From a virus, in the IMG/VR virus record IMGVR_UViG_3300021185_001174, positions 32,001 to 96,000 of that record: DNA of 64,000 nt. One strand, given 5' to 3'. Below the pieces are notes generated by a model. It was given only the letters and a program-made list of their open reading frames with translations. It searched no databases and was not told the origin of the DNA. The translations under genes were made by a program, and so were the position numbers. Position 1 is the first letter of the stretch. Every line of letters begins with the position of its first letter. Positions 25,660 to 34,736 of the stretch are shown here, in pieces.

Positions 25660-26999
25660 TTCTTTAATAGTCCCTTTGCTTTAATTCTATCATGGTATGT
25701 AAACTGATAGTTCTTGCCATTCTTAGTATCTTTAACAATGTAAGTTGTTGGTGTCATCTTAGTAACTTTACCCATATACTTGGCACCATCAGCACGATAG
25801 TAATCTACTTCTGTACCAACTTTAATTGACTTCTTAGTTTCTGCGCCCATTCCGTGTTTTGCAAGAACTCTATAATTTTCTAGGAAGTTACTTACTATTT
25901 CTTTTCCCTTTGCTCTTGTTAGATAATGAGTATCTTCTTTCATATTTTCCTTTTCCCTTTCGTGTTTCTTTTTAAGAGTTTCTACTTCTTTGGCTTGTTT
26001 TAATGCAAGTTGTGCTTTCTCTTCTGGTCCAGGAGCTTCTTCCATGAATGACTTAATGTGCTTGATATCAATTTTCATCTTCTTAGATATCCATTGAGCT
26101 GACTTACCAGAATCAATATAACCTTGAAGTTCTTTTACTTTACCTTCTTCAACATTTTCAACATACCCTTTATCACCAGGCTTTTTATTATGATTAAAAA
26201 CTTTCTTACCAAGTGGTGTAAGGTTACCCTTTTTATCATACATTTGGTTTACAAGTTTCTTTTCTGATGATGATAAACTTTGTTCTTTAATTCTGCCTTT
26301 GACTATATCTTCTAAGTCACGAGATAACCAATCAAAAAACTCATCGGGGTCATCACTTTTAATTTCATTGTTGTTCAATGCCCATTGAGTTAGGTCATCT
26401 TCCGCTTTCTTACCAGCAGAAGACATGAATGATAAATCACCAGTTTTGTATGCTTTTGTAAGTTCTCTTTTATGTTTTCTGAAGAGGTCTTTCATCTTTG
26501 CTTCTGATATAACTTCTTCTTTAATCATCTTATCAACAGTCATGCCGCTTTTAAATTTACCACCTGACATTGCTTTAGGATACATTTTAGCAATTAAGTC
26601 ATTATAACCTACGAGTATGTTTAATATGTCAGATTGGATTTCTTTTGTTGAAATGCCTTTAATTACTTTCTTAACTGCACCGAGGTTGCCTTGAGCAAGT
26701 GCACGAGATACTGCCTGATAGTCTTTCTGGTCTTGACCTGTTTCTTTCTTGGCAAGTCTTGCTACATTCTTAGTGGCTAGAGTTAGGTCTTGATTATAAT
26801 CTTCATTAACTGATTCATTAGCCTGTTTTAATGCATCTGCAACAATAGGGTCATCCGCAAGACCTCTTTTCATCGCCTCAATCTTTTTATAGGCTCCGGT
26901 CATGTTACCACCCATATCGATTGCAATTTTAACTGCCGCCGCTACCAGAGAAGCTGGATATTTACTTCTATACTTCTCTCTTAATTGTTTAAATTTCAT
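25656..26999 (-). CDS. Modular charged protein, candidate internal head polyprotein
   Basis: MKFKQLRE; several (V/I/L/F/M)-x-E junctions between modules. Confidence 0.55.
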   Translation of the reverse strand: MKFKQLREKYRSKYPASLVAAAVKIAIDMGGNMTGAYKKIEAMKRGLADDPIVADALKQANESVNEDYNQDLTLATKNVARLAKKETGQDQKDYQAVSRALAQGNLGAVKKVIKGISTKEIQSDILNILVGYNDLIAKMYPKAMSGGKFKSGMTVDKMIKEEVISEAKMKDLFRKHKRELTKAYKTGDLSFMSSAGKKAEDDLTQWALNNNEIKSDDPDEFFDWLSRDLEDIVKGRIKEQSLSSSEKKLVNQMYDKKGNLTPLGKKVFNHNKKPGDKGYVENVEEGKVKELQGYIDSGKSAQWISKKMKIDIKHIKSFMEEAPGPEEKAQLALKQAKEVETLKKKHEREKENMKEDTHYLTRAKGKEIVSNFLENYRVLAKHGMGAETKKSIKVGTEVDYYRADGAKYMGKVTKMTPTTYIVKDTKNGKNYQFTYHDRIKAKGLLKK

Positions 27000-27013
27000 T
27001 TGTTAGTTTCCTC

Positions 27014-28276
27014 TTATTTTACTTTAGCGGCTAAGTCTTTATCTGCCTTACCCCATGTTCCTGATGATTTGGTTACAAAAGAATTGACTCTTGCTAACCC
27101 CCATTGTGTTGGATTAGTTCCTGGCCTATGGCCTGTTCTCCAAGCCGCAAATCCTCTATCAAATACTTTTCTTAATATGGCTAATGGCATACCTGACTTA
27201 TCTGCTTTCTTTTTAAGAGCATCATCAGCCTTACCTTCATTAACTACATAATCTTCAAAACTTAAATGTTTGGCCATTTCTCCGTACATATCTTTATATT
27301 TCTTAGTATGTTTTGATGGCTTTGTTTTTGCTCTTGCATCTCCAGGAGCTGGTTTATATGCGGCTGGATTATTATCATCCTTTTCAGCACCCTTCTTAAA
27401 GTGGGCTTTTCTTTTGGCTGATGTTGACTTTGCAAGACCAGAGTAATAGTTAGTACCCTCAGCTTGTTCTACTTGTTCCAACCAGACTTTCTTATTACCC
27501 TTAGGGAAAGCTACTGTAAGATAATTCGCACCTTTAGTGATAATCTTACCCTTCTCTTGATTTTCTTTTAGTCTAACTGTATCACCAACATTAAACAAGT
27601 CACCTAAAATAAACTGTTCTCTTGTTTCTGATACAGTCGGTAGTTCTATATGAGACCTAAAGCTTTTCTCTTCTTTAAGGCCCATCCCTTTTCTCACTGC
27701 ATTAAATAACTCAGCTGAACCAGTATAACCACTTGGAAGACCACTAGAAAATGTTTGTAAATCCCCTTCTGCGGCCGCTGCTCTCATTTTAGAGGCTGAC
27801 ATTCCTGTTACACCTTCTGCATCTGGGTCTCTTTGCCCTGCAGAGAGTACTTTAATAGTTCCTTCAAATTGATAGAAGCCATGTCTTGCCTGAACACCAT
27901 TATATTTGTTTAGTAAGATTTCAAATTCTTTTACTCTATCTGAACCTGCAACCATTGACATCTTAGTAAAACCTTGGTCATATAACTTAGTTGCGATTTC
28001 AATTATAGTACGCACGTCGCCGTCTGCCATGATACTTCTGGCATGTCTAGGAAACATTTTTCTTAGGAACTTAATCTTGTCTTTAAATTTAAGAGGATTC
28101 TTTTTAGGGTCTTGGGATTGTGATGCGTATATTCTATATGCACCTCCACGTGATACCTTTTTAAGAGTTTCAAAAAGTTTTTCGTGGCCTGTAGTCGGCG
28201 GATTAAATCTACCAAATACTACGGTTATTTCTTTTGATGCTTCGACTATATAGTCGCTAAAGTTTTTGACTTTCAT
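27014..28276 (-). CDS. HIGH-family nucleotidyltransferase (cytidyltransferase/NMNAT-like) with C-terminal basic modules
   Basis: VFGRFNPPTTGHEKL, VAGSDRV, MSASKMR; C-terminal AAWRTGHRPG module. Confidence 0.8.
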   Translation of the reverse strand: MKVKNFSDYIVEASKEITVVFGRFNPPTTGHEKLFETLKKVSRGGAYRIYASQSQDPKKNPLKFKDKIKFLRKMFPRHARSIMADGDVRTIIEIATKLYDQGFTKMSMVAGSDRVKEFEILLNKYNGVQARHGFYQFEGTIKVLSAGQRDPDAEGVTGMSASKMRAAAAEGDLQTFSSGLPSGYTGSAELFNAVRKGMGLKEEKSFRSHIELPTVSETREQFILGDLFNVGDTVRLKENQEKGKIITKGANYLTVAFPKGNKKVWLEQVEQAEGTNYYSGLAKSTSAKRKAHFKKGAEKDDNNPAAYKPAPGDARAKTKPSKHTKKYKDMYGEMAKHLSFEDYVVNEGKADDALKKKADKSGMPLAILRKVFDRGFAAWRTGHRPGTNPTQWGLARVNSFVTKSSGTWGKADKDLAAKVK

Positions 28277-28293
28277 TTATCCCTGGTTCCCAT

Positions 28294-29538
28294 TTAGTTA
28301 GGACTATCCCAACCTTTAATTATATCTTTACTGAAGTTGTTGTAGGAGAATTCTAACCTATCAACTAACTTAACAGCGCCACCTTCCATTCTATCTATAG
28401 CAACAAAACCTTCTTGGTTGGTTACCTTAAATCCGGATTTAGTCTTGACAAAGGTATTAATTTTATTAAGACTATTAAGTTTATTTATAAGAATTAATTT
28501 ACTATTTACAACAAAATTCTGTAAATCGAAGATTAATTTTAGGTTCTTTATATTACCTTTACTAAAGAATTTAAGTAATGCATCTCGTTTATCTACTTGA
28601 GTCTGTTTACCTTTATCTGAACTTCTTTTATCAATCTCTTTTTGATACCTATTATTAATCCACATTACTAGTCCAGTGGCATGTTTCTTAGTATCTGTAA
28701 TTCTTTGGCCTTCTCTCACCTTGGAATTATTATATACATTTAATAACATATTTAATTCCGAATTGGACTCTAACTCTTTTAATGTAGTAGATGCGATTTG
28801 TTTAAATACTTTACCAGCACCTGAAAGATTTTTATTTAGTTCTTCTGTTTCTGCTTTAGTAAGAGTTGCAGTACCAGAAAGGTCAGGTAATGTTGCATCT
28901 TGCATCCATATATCTTTTGACTTCTTTAACTTAGGTACTATCTCTTTACCAAACTCTGCTCTCATTGTCTCAAACGTTGCTCCACTATACGTTGTATGCC
29001 AAACAATTCCAATCTTAGCTGCTCCAATCTCCTTAGCGAGAGCACTATCAGTAGGTACTGCGTAAGCGATAGTGTTAGGATGAAACACAATATGACTAAC
29101 TCCATTAATCTTCTCCTTTTTAAGGTCTGACTTATCGAACATAAAGTCGCCCTGTATAACCCCTTTGATTCCTATATTCTGTAAAGTATCGAAAGCCATA
29201 ATAAGTTTTTTACTTAAGTCGCCTGATGTATCTGCTTTAATATCTTCATGTGACTTATAGATTTTAGGATTCGCATTGAAGATACCTTTTTTAGCAACAA
29301 AGAATTCTCCTGTCTCTGGGTGTTCTCCAGCAAACACGGCGGGGGCTCCGTCCCATTTCACGGTAACATCCACTGGTGCTTTGGTGTTACCTGAAAGCAT
29401 ATCCCTTAGACTTCTAAGCGCTAGGATTGCTTGGCGAGCCCCCTTGACCCCACCATCTATAATTAGGTCTTCAATGTGGGTCATATGAGTATTCTTTGTT
29501 GCTTCATGCAATGGAGTATAGCTAGTTAATCGTTTCAT
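28294..29538 (-). CDS. Covalent nucleotidyltransferase (RNA/DNA-ligase-like) protein
   Basis: VTVKWDGAPA (KxDG motif I), IQGDF, QEGFVAI (motif IV), VKLVDR (motif V). Confidence 0.65.
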   Translation of the reverse strand: MKRLTSYTPLHEATKNTHMTHIEDLIIDGGVKGARQAILALRSLRDMLSGNTKAPVDVTVKWDGAPAVFAGEHPETGEFFVAKKGIFNANPKIYKSHEDIKADTSGDLSKKLIMAFDTLQNIGIKGVIQGDFMFDKSDLKKEKINGVSHIVFHPNTIAYAVPTDSALAKEIGAAKIGIVWHTTYSGATFETMRAEFGKEIVPKLKKSKDIWMQDATLPDLSGTATLTKAETEELNKNLSGAGKVFKQIASTTLKELESNSELNMLLNVYNNSKVREGQRITDTKKHATGLVMWINNRYQKEIDKRSSDKGKQTQVDKRDALLKFFSKGNIKNLKLIFDLQNFVVNSKLILINKLNSLNKINTFVKTKSGFKVTNQEGFVAIDRMEGGAVKLVDRLEFSYNNFSKDIIKGWDSPN

Positions 29539-30995
29539 TTATATAACCTCTTAAAGTCTTCCGTCATCATTGCATTAAAATTAGGTGCACTTGAAAAGTT
29601 GCCTTTATATCTTAATATAATATTACATACTGCAACTGGGCCAATGAATAAAGTAAACTTTAAATTGGCGGCTCCAGAGCCTGGGTCAAATGCTTGTTTT
29701 GCACCTGGAGTATATTTCATTAATGGTTTGCCTTGAGAAAATAAATCATCTAGTTTACTTGATACTGAATCAATGTCTTTATACTCTCCGCCTTCTACTA
29801 CAACACCTTTCTTAGGGCCGTAATCTCCAACGCCTGTAACTAGTGCAAAATCGAAATTAACTTTTTGTAATTCTTTTAAGTCGGACTTAAATATTAATTG
29901 AACTAGAATATTTGAGAATAAGTCTGACTTGGATAATATTGTTTCACCCATCATTTTAAATAATGTTCTTTTACCTTTTAATACTCTATTAATAAGGTCA
30001 TTGGGAATTCTATTAACATACTTTTTCCAGTTCTTAGTATTTACTGGATTCTTGTTAAGGTCATCAAATAAGTCATCAGACATCATATCAGGATATCTTT
30101 TTCTTAGTCTCTGAGCCAGTTTAATTACATGCACATAAAATCTACCTGCATCTAATTCTACATCTTCTTTTAATTTTTTAAGTTTCGGTTCATTAAGTAG
30201 CTTTGTAAATGATTTATTAATAAGGGTTGGGTCTTCTTCTGTAACCCTTTTCTTTTTCTTTAAAGATACTCCTAGAAATTTATTACCTTTCTTAATAATA
30301 AAGTCAGATGAATTAAAATCTTGCATTCCATATTTTGACATTTGGAATTGTTTTACATCTTTATCCCATGACTGACCAGTAAGATAAACCATATCAGCAT
30401 TACCATATCCTGCGTCAATAATAACATTAGCGGCCGATACTGCCTTACATAAATTTGGATAATCTCCTTCAAGAGAATCCACTTGACTCTGTTTATAACC
30501 TTTAACTTTCTTTAATTGAGCTCTTACCAATTGAATCATTGCATCCATTTCATCAGAATTAGTAATTTTATGTTTTGATGGGAAGAGACATAATGCAGCA
30601 GTCATAAGCTCATGAGGGTCATCACCTAAAGAACTACGGCCACCCATTGGTCTAGCATTTACATAGATTGCTTTATCCATATCTTTATGTTTAAAGTAAT
30701 AATCTTTTTCTGCTCTGGCACCTGATATCTTAATAAGTTCTAAATTTGGTTCTTTTTCAATAATTTCTCTAGCGAGTGTAGAGAATGTTCTTCTGTTCTT
30801 ATCTGGCATTAATTGAGAAATACCAATCTTCTTTGAATTTGATTTACCAGACCTGAGGTCTAATTCAACTTCAGTATCTACAGATGAAATTGCATCATCT
30901 ATGGCCTGTACCAACTTTACTGCATTCAGATTATCGTCAGTAGTTGAAAGAGTATCGAGTTCCTCTGTCATAAAACTGTTTTTAAATCTTATCAT
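29535..30995 (-). CDS. Hypothetical protein with restriction-endonuclease-like motif
   Basis: DPHELMTA ... SSDFIIKKGNKFLGVSLK; N-terminus MIRFKNSFMTEE. Confidence 0.5.
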   Translation of the reverse strand: MIRFKNSFMTEELDTLSTTDDNLNAVKLVQAIDDAISSVDTEVELDLRSGKSNSKKIGISQLMPDKNRRTFSTLAREIIEKEPNLELIKISGARAEKDYYFKHKDMDKAIYVNARPMGGRSSLGDDPHELMTAALCLFPSKHKITNSDEMDAMIQLVRAQLKKVKGYKQSQVDSLEGDYPNLCKAVSAANVIIDAGYGNADMVYLTGQSWDKDVKQFQMSKYGMQDFNSSDFIIKKGNKFLGVSLKKKKRVTEEDPTLINKSFTKLLNEPKLKKLKEDVELDAGRFYVHVIKLAQRLRKRYPDMMSDDLFDDLNKNPVNTKNWKKYVNRIPNDLINRVLKGKRTLFKMMGETILSKSDLFSNILVQLIFKSDLKELQKVNFDFALVTGVGDYGPKKGVVVEGGEYKDIDSVSSKLDDLFSQGKPLMKYTPGAKQAFDPGSGAANLKFTLFIGPVAVCNIILRYKGNFSSAPNFNAMMTEDFKRLYK

Positions 30996-31023
30996 ATTAT
31001 CTCCGTTATTAGTTTATAAAGTT

Positions 31024-31052
31024 AGTATACTACAGAACCATTGGTTTGTAAA
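31024..31052 (-). promoter_or_regulatory. Sigma70 early promoter (variant -10)
   Basis: TTTACA-17-TATACT with the shared GTAG extension. Confidence 0.7.
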
Positions 31053-31065
31053 GTTTTATTATAAC

Positions 31066-31073
31066 TATTTATA
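31066..31073 (-). promoter_or_regulatory. Late promoter heading the internal-protein block
   Basis: Exact TATAAATA in an intergenic gap. Confidence 0.75.
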
Positions 31074-31085
31074 ATATTTGGAGAC

Positions 31086-31253
31086 CTAGTTATTAGAGCT
31101 TCCTGTTGAAATATTACCCTCATCGTCCACTTTAATTACTTTTATTTTAAGAAGTTCCTTTAAAGTGCCCTCACATCCATTCTTTACCCCTAGGTTATAA
31201 GATGTATAACTACATCCCATAAGGCAAAGCATGATTATAATATATTCTAGCAT
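31086..31253 (-). CDS. Small membrane-anchored protein (not in track)
   Basis: MLEYIIIMLCLMGCSYTSYNLG...; 55 aa. Confidence 0.5.
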   Translation of the reverse strand: MLEYIIIMLCLMGCSYTSYNLGVKNGCEGTLKELLKIKVIKVDDEGNISTGSSNN

Positions 31254-31411
31254 TCTACAGCCTCTATTGTTGAGTGATAACCTTTATATTTCATATCTTT
31301 TTGAAAAAGTTTAGCTTCTCTTTCATCTGCAAAAATATATTCTGCAACTACTTTGCCCCCGCCCTTTTCTTGGGCGAGAACTTTCCAACTTGTAATCTTG
31401 ATTGATTCCAT
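31247..31411 (-). CDS. Small hypothetical protein (not in track)
   Basis: MESIKITSWKVLAQEKGGGKVVAEYIF...; 54 aa, start abuts the upstream stop. Confidence 0.55.
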   Translation of the reverse strand: MESIKITSWKVLAQEKGGGKVVAEYIFADEREAKLFQKDMKYKGYHSTIEAVEC

Positions 31412-31638
31412 TACACTAGTTCCAAGAAATCATCAAACATGCCTGGGTTATCAGCAACAACTCTTTTAATGTTTTTCTTAATAGTAGCAACATCATCAGT
31501 GAAACCTGCCTGTTCTGCAGTTTCAATTCTTGTCTTTACTGTATCATAATCAAACTTGAAAGGGTCATCATAGATTGTTGGTCTCCATTGGATAGTAGAG
31601 TCCTTTTCAATTCCTTTATATTTTAATTTACTTTTCAT
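31411..31638 (-). CDS. Hypothetical protein
   Basis: 75 aa, ATGA overlap with ligase. Confidence 0.6.
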   Translation of the reverse strand: MKSKLKYKGIEKDSTIQWRPTIYDDPFKFDYDTVKTRIETAEQAGFTDDVATIKKNIKRVVADNPGMFDDFLELV

Positions 31639-32900
31639 AGTTTTTCTCCTGGGGCAAATCCCCTAAATGTTTTAAATCTTGGGAATCTTAATGAATAAGT
31701 CCCATCTTGGTTTTGTGAAATAGAGTCGGCTCTAATTTCCACCAACTGGCCTAATACAGCATCTTGGTCTTTCCAAATACTATCTCTAATCTTATCAGTT
31801 AAGCCACCACCGACATTGACTTTAATATCAACATCTTCATCGTGTCCTGCACAAACTAGAGCACCTGTTGTTCCTTCGAACTTACCCTGACCTTCTTCAA
31901 TACTTTCTACTGTCAGAGTTACTTCTATAAATGGCTTGATTTTAAACCAAGCATTACTTCTTTTACATTCATATAAACCGTCTATTGGTTTAACCATAAT
32001 TCCTTCATAGCCATTTTCTATGGCTTCTTTATTAATTTGCATGAATACATCATGGTCTTGTTCCAAATTAATAATCTCATAATCTACTGCTTTAATACAA
32101 TCATCAAGACCAAAAAGTACTTCATCCATATTAATCTTTCTATCATAACAGCCGTCTACTGAAACACCTGCATTGAATTCATCTATAGTAATCATATCAA
32201 AGAGAGCGAGATAGGCATCATCTGTCTGTGCACCTTCTTTCCTATGTACTTGTTTCATTAGACTTGTAAAGTTATGACTCATAATCTCGCCATCGAATAC
32301 CATTCCTTCGAACTGTGGCTGACTCAAGGCTTTTTCAATATGAGGGAAGTTAGAATAGACTTTACCATTCCTAGAATAGATAGTGGCCTTTCCCTTAAGT
32401 ACTATGGTTATGGCTCTTACACCATCATACTTGTACTCGATAAGGCAATCACCTTTCATGTGTTTATTGTTTTCACCATTCGTGGCCAACATGCAATGAA
32501 ATCTTGGAATCTCAAATCCAATTTTCTCACCTATCTTATTGATGGTCTTCTCTGATACGCCACATTTTAAATCTTTAAGGAGAATCCTACGATACCAGAA
32601 GTTCCACTCATCCATGGTGGCTTTATCCATTGTTTCTTGTATCTCTTCTTTAGCCGCATTACCTGTCAGACATCTACATTGTAATGATAATGCTAGTTTC
32701 CAAAAATCACTTGTCTCAAGCCCTGGACCATCCTTCTTAGAAATAGGTATCAATTTAACGCCGAATGTGTCAAAGGGATTGAGAGCAAGTTTTACTCCGT
32801 CTTGGAATTCTTTATTATCAATATATTGAGATACAACATCTTCTTTAAATAGCCTTGAGTTATCAGATTCAAGTTTTTCTATTATGTCCCAAGGTTTCAT
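31635..32900 (-). CDS. 30: ATP-dependent DNA ligase (gp30)
   Basis: EYKYDGVRA, FDGEI, YEGIMVK, WFKIKP, VGGGL, SLRFPRF. Confidence 0.95.
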   Translation of the reverse strand: MKPWDIIEKLESDNSRLFKEDVVSQYIDNKEFQDGVKLALNPFDTFGVKLIPISKKDGPGLETSDFWKLALSLQCRCLTGNAAKEEIQETMDKATMDEWNFWYRRILLKDLKCGVSEKTINKIGEKIGFEIPRFHCMLATNGENNKHMKGDCLIEYKYDGVRAITIVLKGKATIYSRNGKVYSNFPHIEKALSQPQFEGMVFDGEIMSHNFTSLMKQVHRKEGAQTDDAYLALFDMITIDEFNAGVSVDGCYDRKINMDEVLFGLDDCIKAVDYEIINLEQDHDVFMQINKEAIENGYEGIMVKPIDGLYECKRSNAWFKIKPFIEVTLTVESIEEGQGKFEGTTGALVCAGHDEDVDIKVNVGGGLTDKIRDSIWKDQDAVLGQLVEIRADSISQNQDGTYSLRFPRFKTFRGFAPGEKL

Positions 32901-33106
32901 GCAGACTCCATATATTTTTCTACTGGTTTTAATTCTATGAACTTGCGTCTCGACTTAGAGAACTGTTTCATAGGTGATTTAAATTGTTTATATTGTTTGG
33001 TTGATGTACTTCTAAAGCCAACTAAGTGTCCGTGTTCGTTTAGAATGTAAGTGTGGTTGAGGGTATTATCTTCCCATTTGGTTATTTCTTTAAAGGCTCT
33101 TAGCAT
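32897..33106 (-). CDS. Hypothetical protein
   Basis: 69 aa ORF in an early unit. Confidence 0.6.
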   Translation of the reverse strand: MLRAFKEITKWEDNTLNHTYILNEHGHLVGFRSTSTKQYKQFKSPMKQFSKSRRKFIELKPVEKYMESA

Positions 33107-33256
33107 TTAAACTCCGTGGGTCATATGTTCGTAATTGTCTGGACATCCTTCTAGTGGAGCACCACAAGCACAAGTTTCTTCTTCCTCTTTGGTTGGTGCA
33201 CCCACGAGAGCCCTTACTTCGGCCTCGGTAGTTGGGAATAGTTCTATCTGTTTCAT
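33107..33256 (-). CDS. Small Cys/His protein (not in track)
   Basis: MKQIELFPTT...CACGAPLEGCPDNYEHMTHGV; AGGAG RBS after promoter. Confidence 0.6.
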   Translation of the reverse strand: MKQIELFPTTEAEVRALVGAPTKEEEETCACGAPLEGCPDNYEHMTHGV

Positions 33257-33280
33257 AATATATCTCCTTTTAATAAGTTA

Positions 33281-33309
33281 ATTATACTACACTTTAGGTA
33301 TAAAGTAAA
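33281..33309 (-). promoter_or_regulatory. Sigma70 early promoter
   Basis: TTTACT-17-TATAAT. Confidence 0.8.
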
Positions 33310-33333
33310 GTGTTTTGTTAAATTATTTTTCAC

Positions 33334-33678
33334 TTATACAGCCCCTGTCCATCTGATTGTATAATCCTCGAAGATATTACCTCTTGCGAAGTTAGTAGCT
33401 GGAGCGGCCCATGATTTAGCCATTAAGATATCTCCTTCTTTAAAACCTTTAGTAGGTTTAGCTACAATGAATGAATGAGTTGAATTACCAGTACTGACTT
33501 TGATATAGTTTCTACCAGCCTTATAAGAAAGACTTTCACAAAAATCATCAAACATTTGGTCTTTAACTTTACTACAACCATCTTTGCATCCATCTTGCCA
33601 TCTGTGATAGTCAGCTTTAATCTTGGTAAGATAATTACCTAGCTCTTGTACGTTTTGTTCGTGGAATTTGTTTTTCAT
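33334..33678 (-). CDS. Conserved early hypothetical protein
   Basis: GRNYIKV...GDILMAKSWAAPATNFARGNI motif. Confidence 0.7.
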   Translation of the reverse strand: MKNKFHEQNVQELGNYLTKIKADYHRWQDGCKDGCSKVKDQMFDDFCESLSYKAGRNYIKVSTGNSTHSFIVAKPTKGFKEGDILMAKSWAAPATNFARGNIFEDYTIRWTGAV

Positions 33679-33715
33679 AATATAGTTTCTCCAATTAATT
33701 ACTTTCTATACTACT

Positions 33716-33744
33716 ATTATACTACGCATAAGAGTGCTTGTAAA
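33716..33744 (-). promoter_or_regulatory. Sigma70 early promoter (TGCGTAG-TATAAT subclass)
   Basis: TTTACA-17-TATAAT. Confidence 0.85.
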
Positions 33745-33763
33745 GTGTTTTGTTAAACTTTTT

Positions 33764-33791
33764 TGTTACAATTGTGTTACATTTTATAACA
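33764..33791. promoter_or_regulatory. Phased TGTWACA direct repeats upstream of -35
   Basis: TGTTACA at 33764 and 33775 (11-bp period), degenerate TATAACA at 33785. Confidence 0.55.
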
Positions 33792-33805
33792 TTTAGTTAT
33801 AAGAA

Positions 33806-33881
33806 TGGTGGAGCTGGAGGGAATCGAACCCCCGACCTTCTGGTTGCAAACCAGACGCTCTCCCTACTGCGCTACAGCCCC
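33806..33881 (-). tRNA. tRNA-Ala(UGC)
   Basis: Cloverleaf GGGGCTG...CAGCTCC-A-CCA, anticodon loop TTTGCAA, G3:U70, TTCGATT T-loop. Confidence 0.97.
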
Positions 33882-33887
33882 ACTCTT

Positions 33888-34544
33888 TTAAACTACATCA
33901 TCAACTGGGAAAATTTTATAGATAATATTACCAATTTCTTTTGCTATATCCATATGCTCTTTTTGAGTACCATTGGCACTTCTTAGTTCTATATAATGAA
34001 TCCAAGAGCGAAGGGTTCCATTAACGTACATACGAGACTTTGTTAATCCCTCAGGTAGTACAGCCCTGGCTTGTTCTTTGGCAATTCCTGCCTCGATAGC
34101 CCAATTATAAGCTTTTTGACATCTTTCTATAATAACTTCTTGATAAGATTCCCATATATAATTAATGGACTCATCAAGGTTTTCAATAGAATTCTGTCTG
34201 TTCTTTTTATCTTGCATTCTCGCTTCTCTTGTAACAAAACTTAAATCTTTTGTTGGGTCAGCATATCGCTGTGAGAATTCTTGGAAGGAGAAAGACCTAT
34301 GGCGAAGTATTTGTCTTGCAATGTCCCTAGTTGTATCTATCTCCATACATACACTTACCATCTCTAATGGGCTCCAGTGTTTGTGCTTAATTAAATACTT
34401 TACTAGTTTCTCTGAAGTTTCTTCATTGCTCTGATTACTAGGATTAGATACCCTAGCGCAGTAAGCGACCATCTGCAAGAGGTCGGGACTTAACTCGACC
34501 TCCGCAGGTGGCTGCGAATATGATATAAGTTTCACGTCAAACAT
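33888..34544 (-). CDS. thyX: Flavin-dependent thymidylate synthase
   Basis: HKHWSPLE, RHRSFSFQEFSQRY, EQARAVLP, NGTLRSWIHY. Confidence 0.96.
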   Translation of the reverse strand: MFDVKLISYSQPPAEVELSPDLLQMVAYCARVSNPSNQSNEETSEKLVKYLIKHKHWSPLEMVSVCMEIDTTRDIARQILRHRSFSFQEFSQRYADPTKDLSFVTREARMQDKKNRQNSIENLDESINYIWESYQEVIIERCQKAYNWAIEAGIAKEQARAVLPEGLTKSRMYVNGTLRSWIHYIELRSANGTQKEHMDIAKEIGNIIYKIFPVDDVV

Positions 34545-34547
34545 ATT

Positions 34548-34727
34548 TTAGTCACTCTTTACCAGTGTATAAATTCCCCATCCAAGGCCTAACCAAGCAA
34601 GTAGCTTAGCAATACCACCGAATAAAATAACTGAACCACATAGTACAATTAGTCCGATACCATCTAATGAGGTTCTTTCTTTTAGTCTATCTAGTGACCA
34701 GTCTTTTAGTTTAAGTAACATATTCAT
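34548..34727 (-). CDS. Small two-TM membrane protein (not in track)
   Basis: KERTSLDGIGLIVLCGSVILFGGIAKLLAWLGLGWGIYTLVKSD. Confidence 0.65.
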   Translation of the reverse strand: MNMLLKLKDWSLDRLKERTSLDGIGLIVLCGSVILFGGIAKLLAWLGLGWGIYTLVKSD

Positions 34728-34736
34728 ATATTTCTC

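Noticed and set aside
27014-28276. Complete NAD+ reconstitution pathway (NARP)
   Set aside because: No Nampt/Namat or PRPP-synthetase-like gene in the window; only a HIGH-family enzyme of unknown substrate
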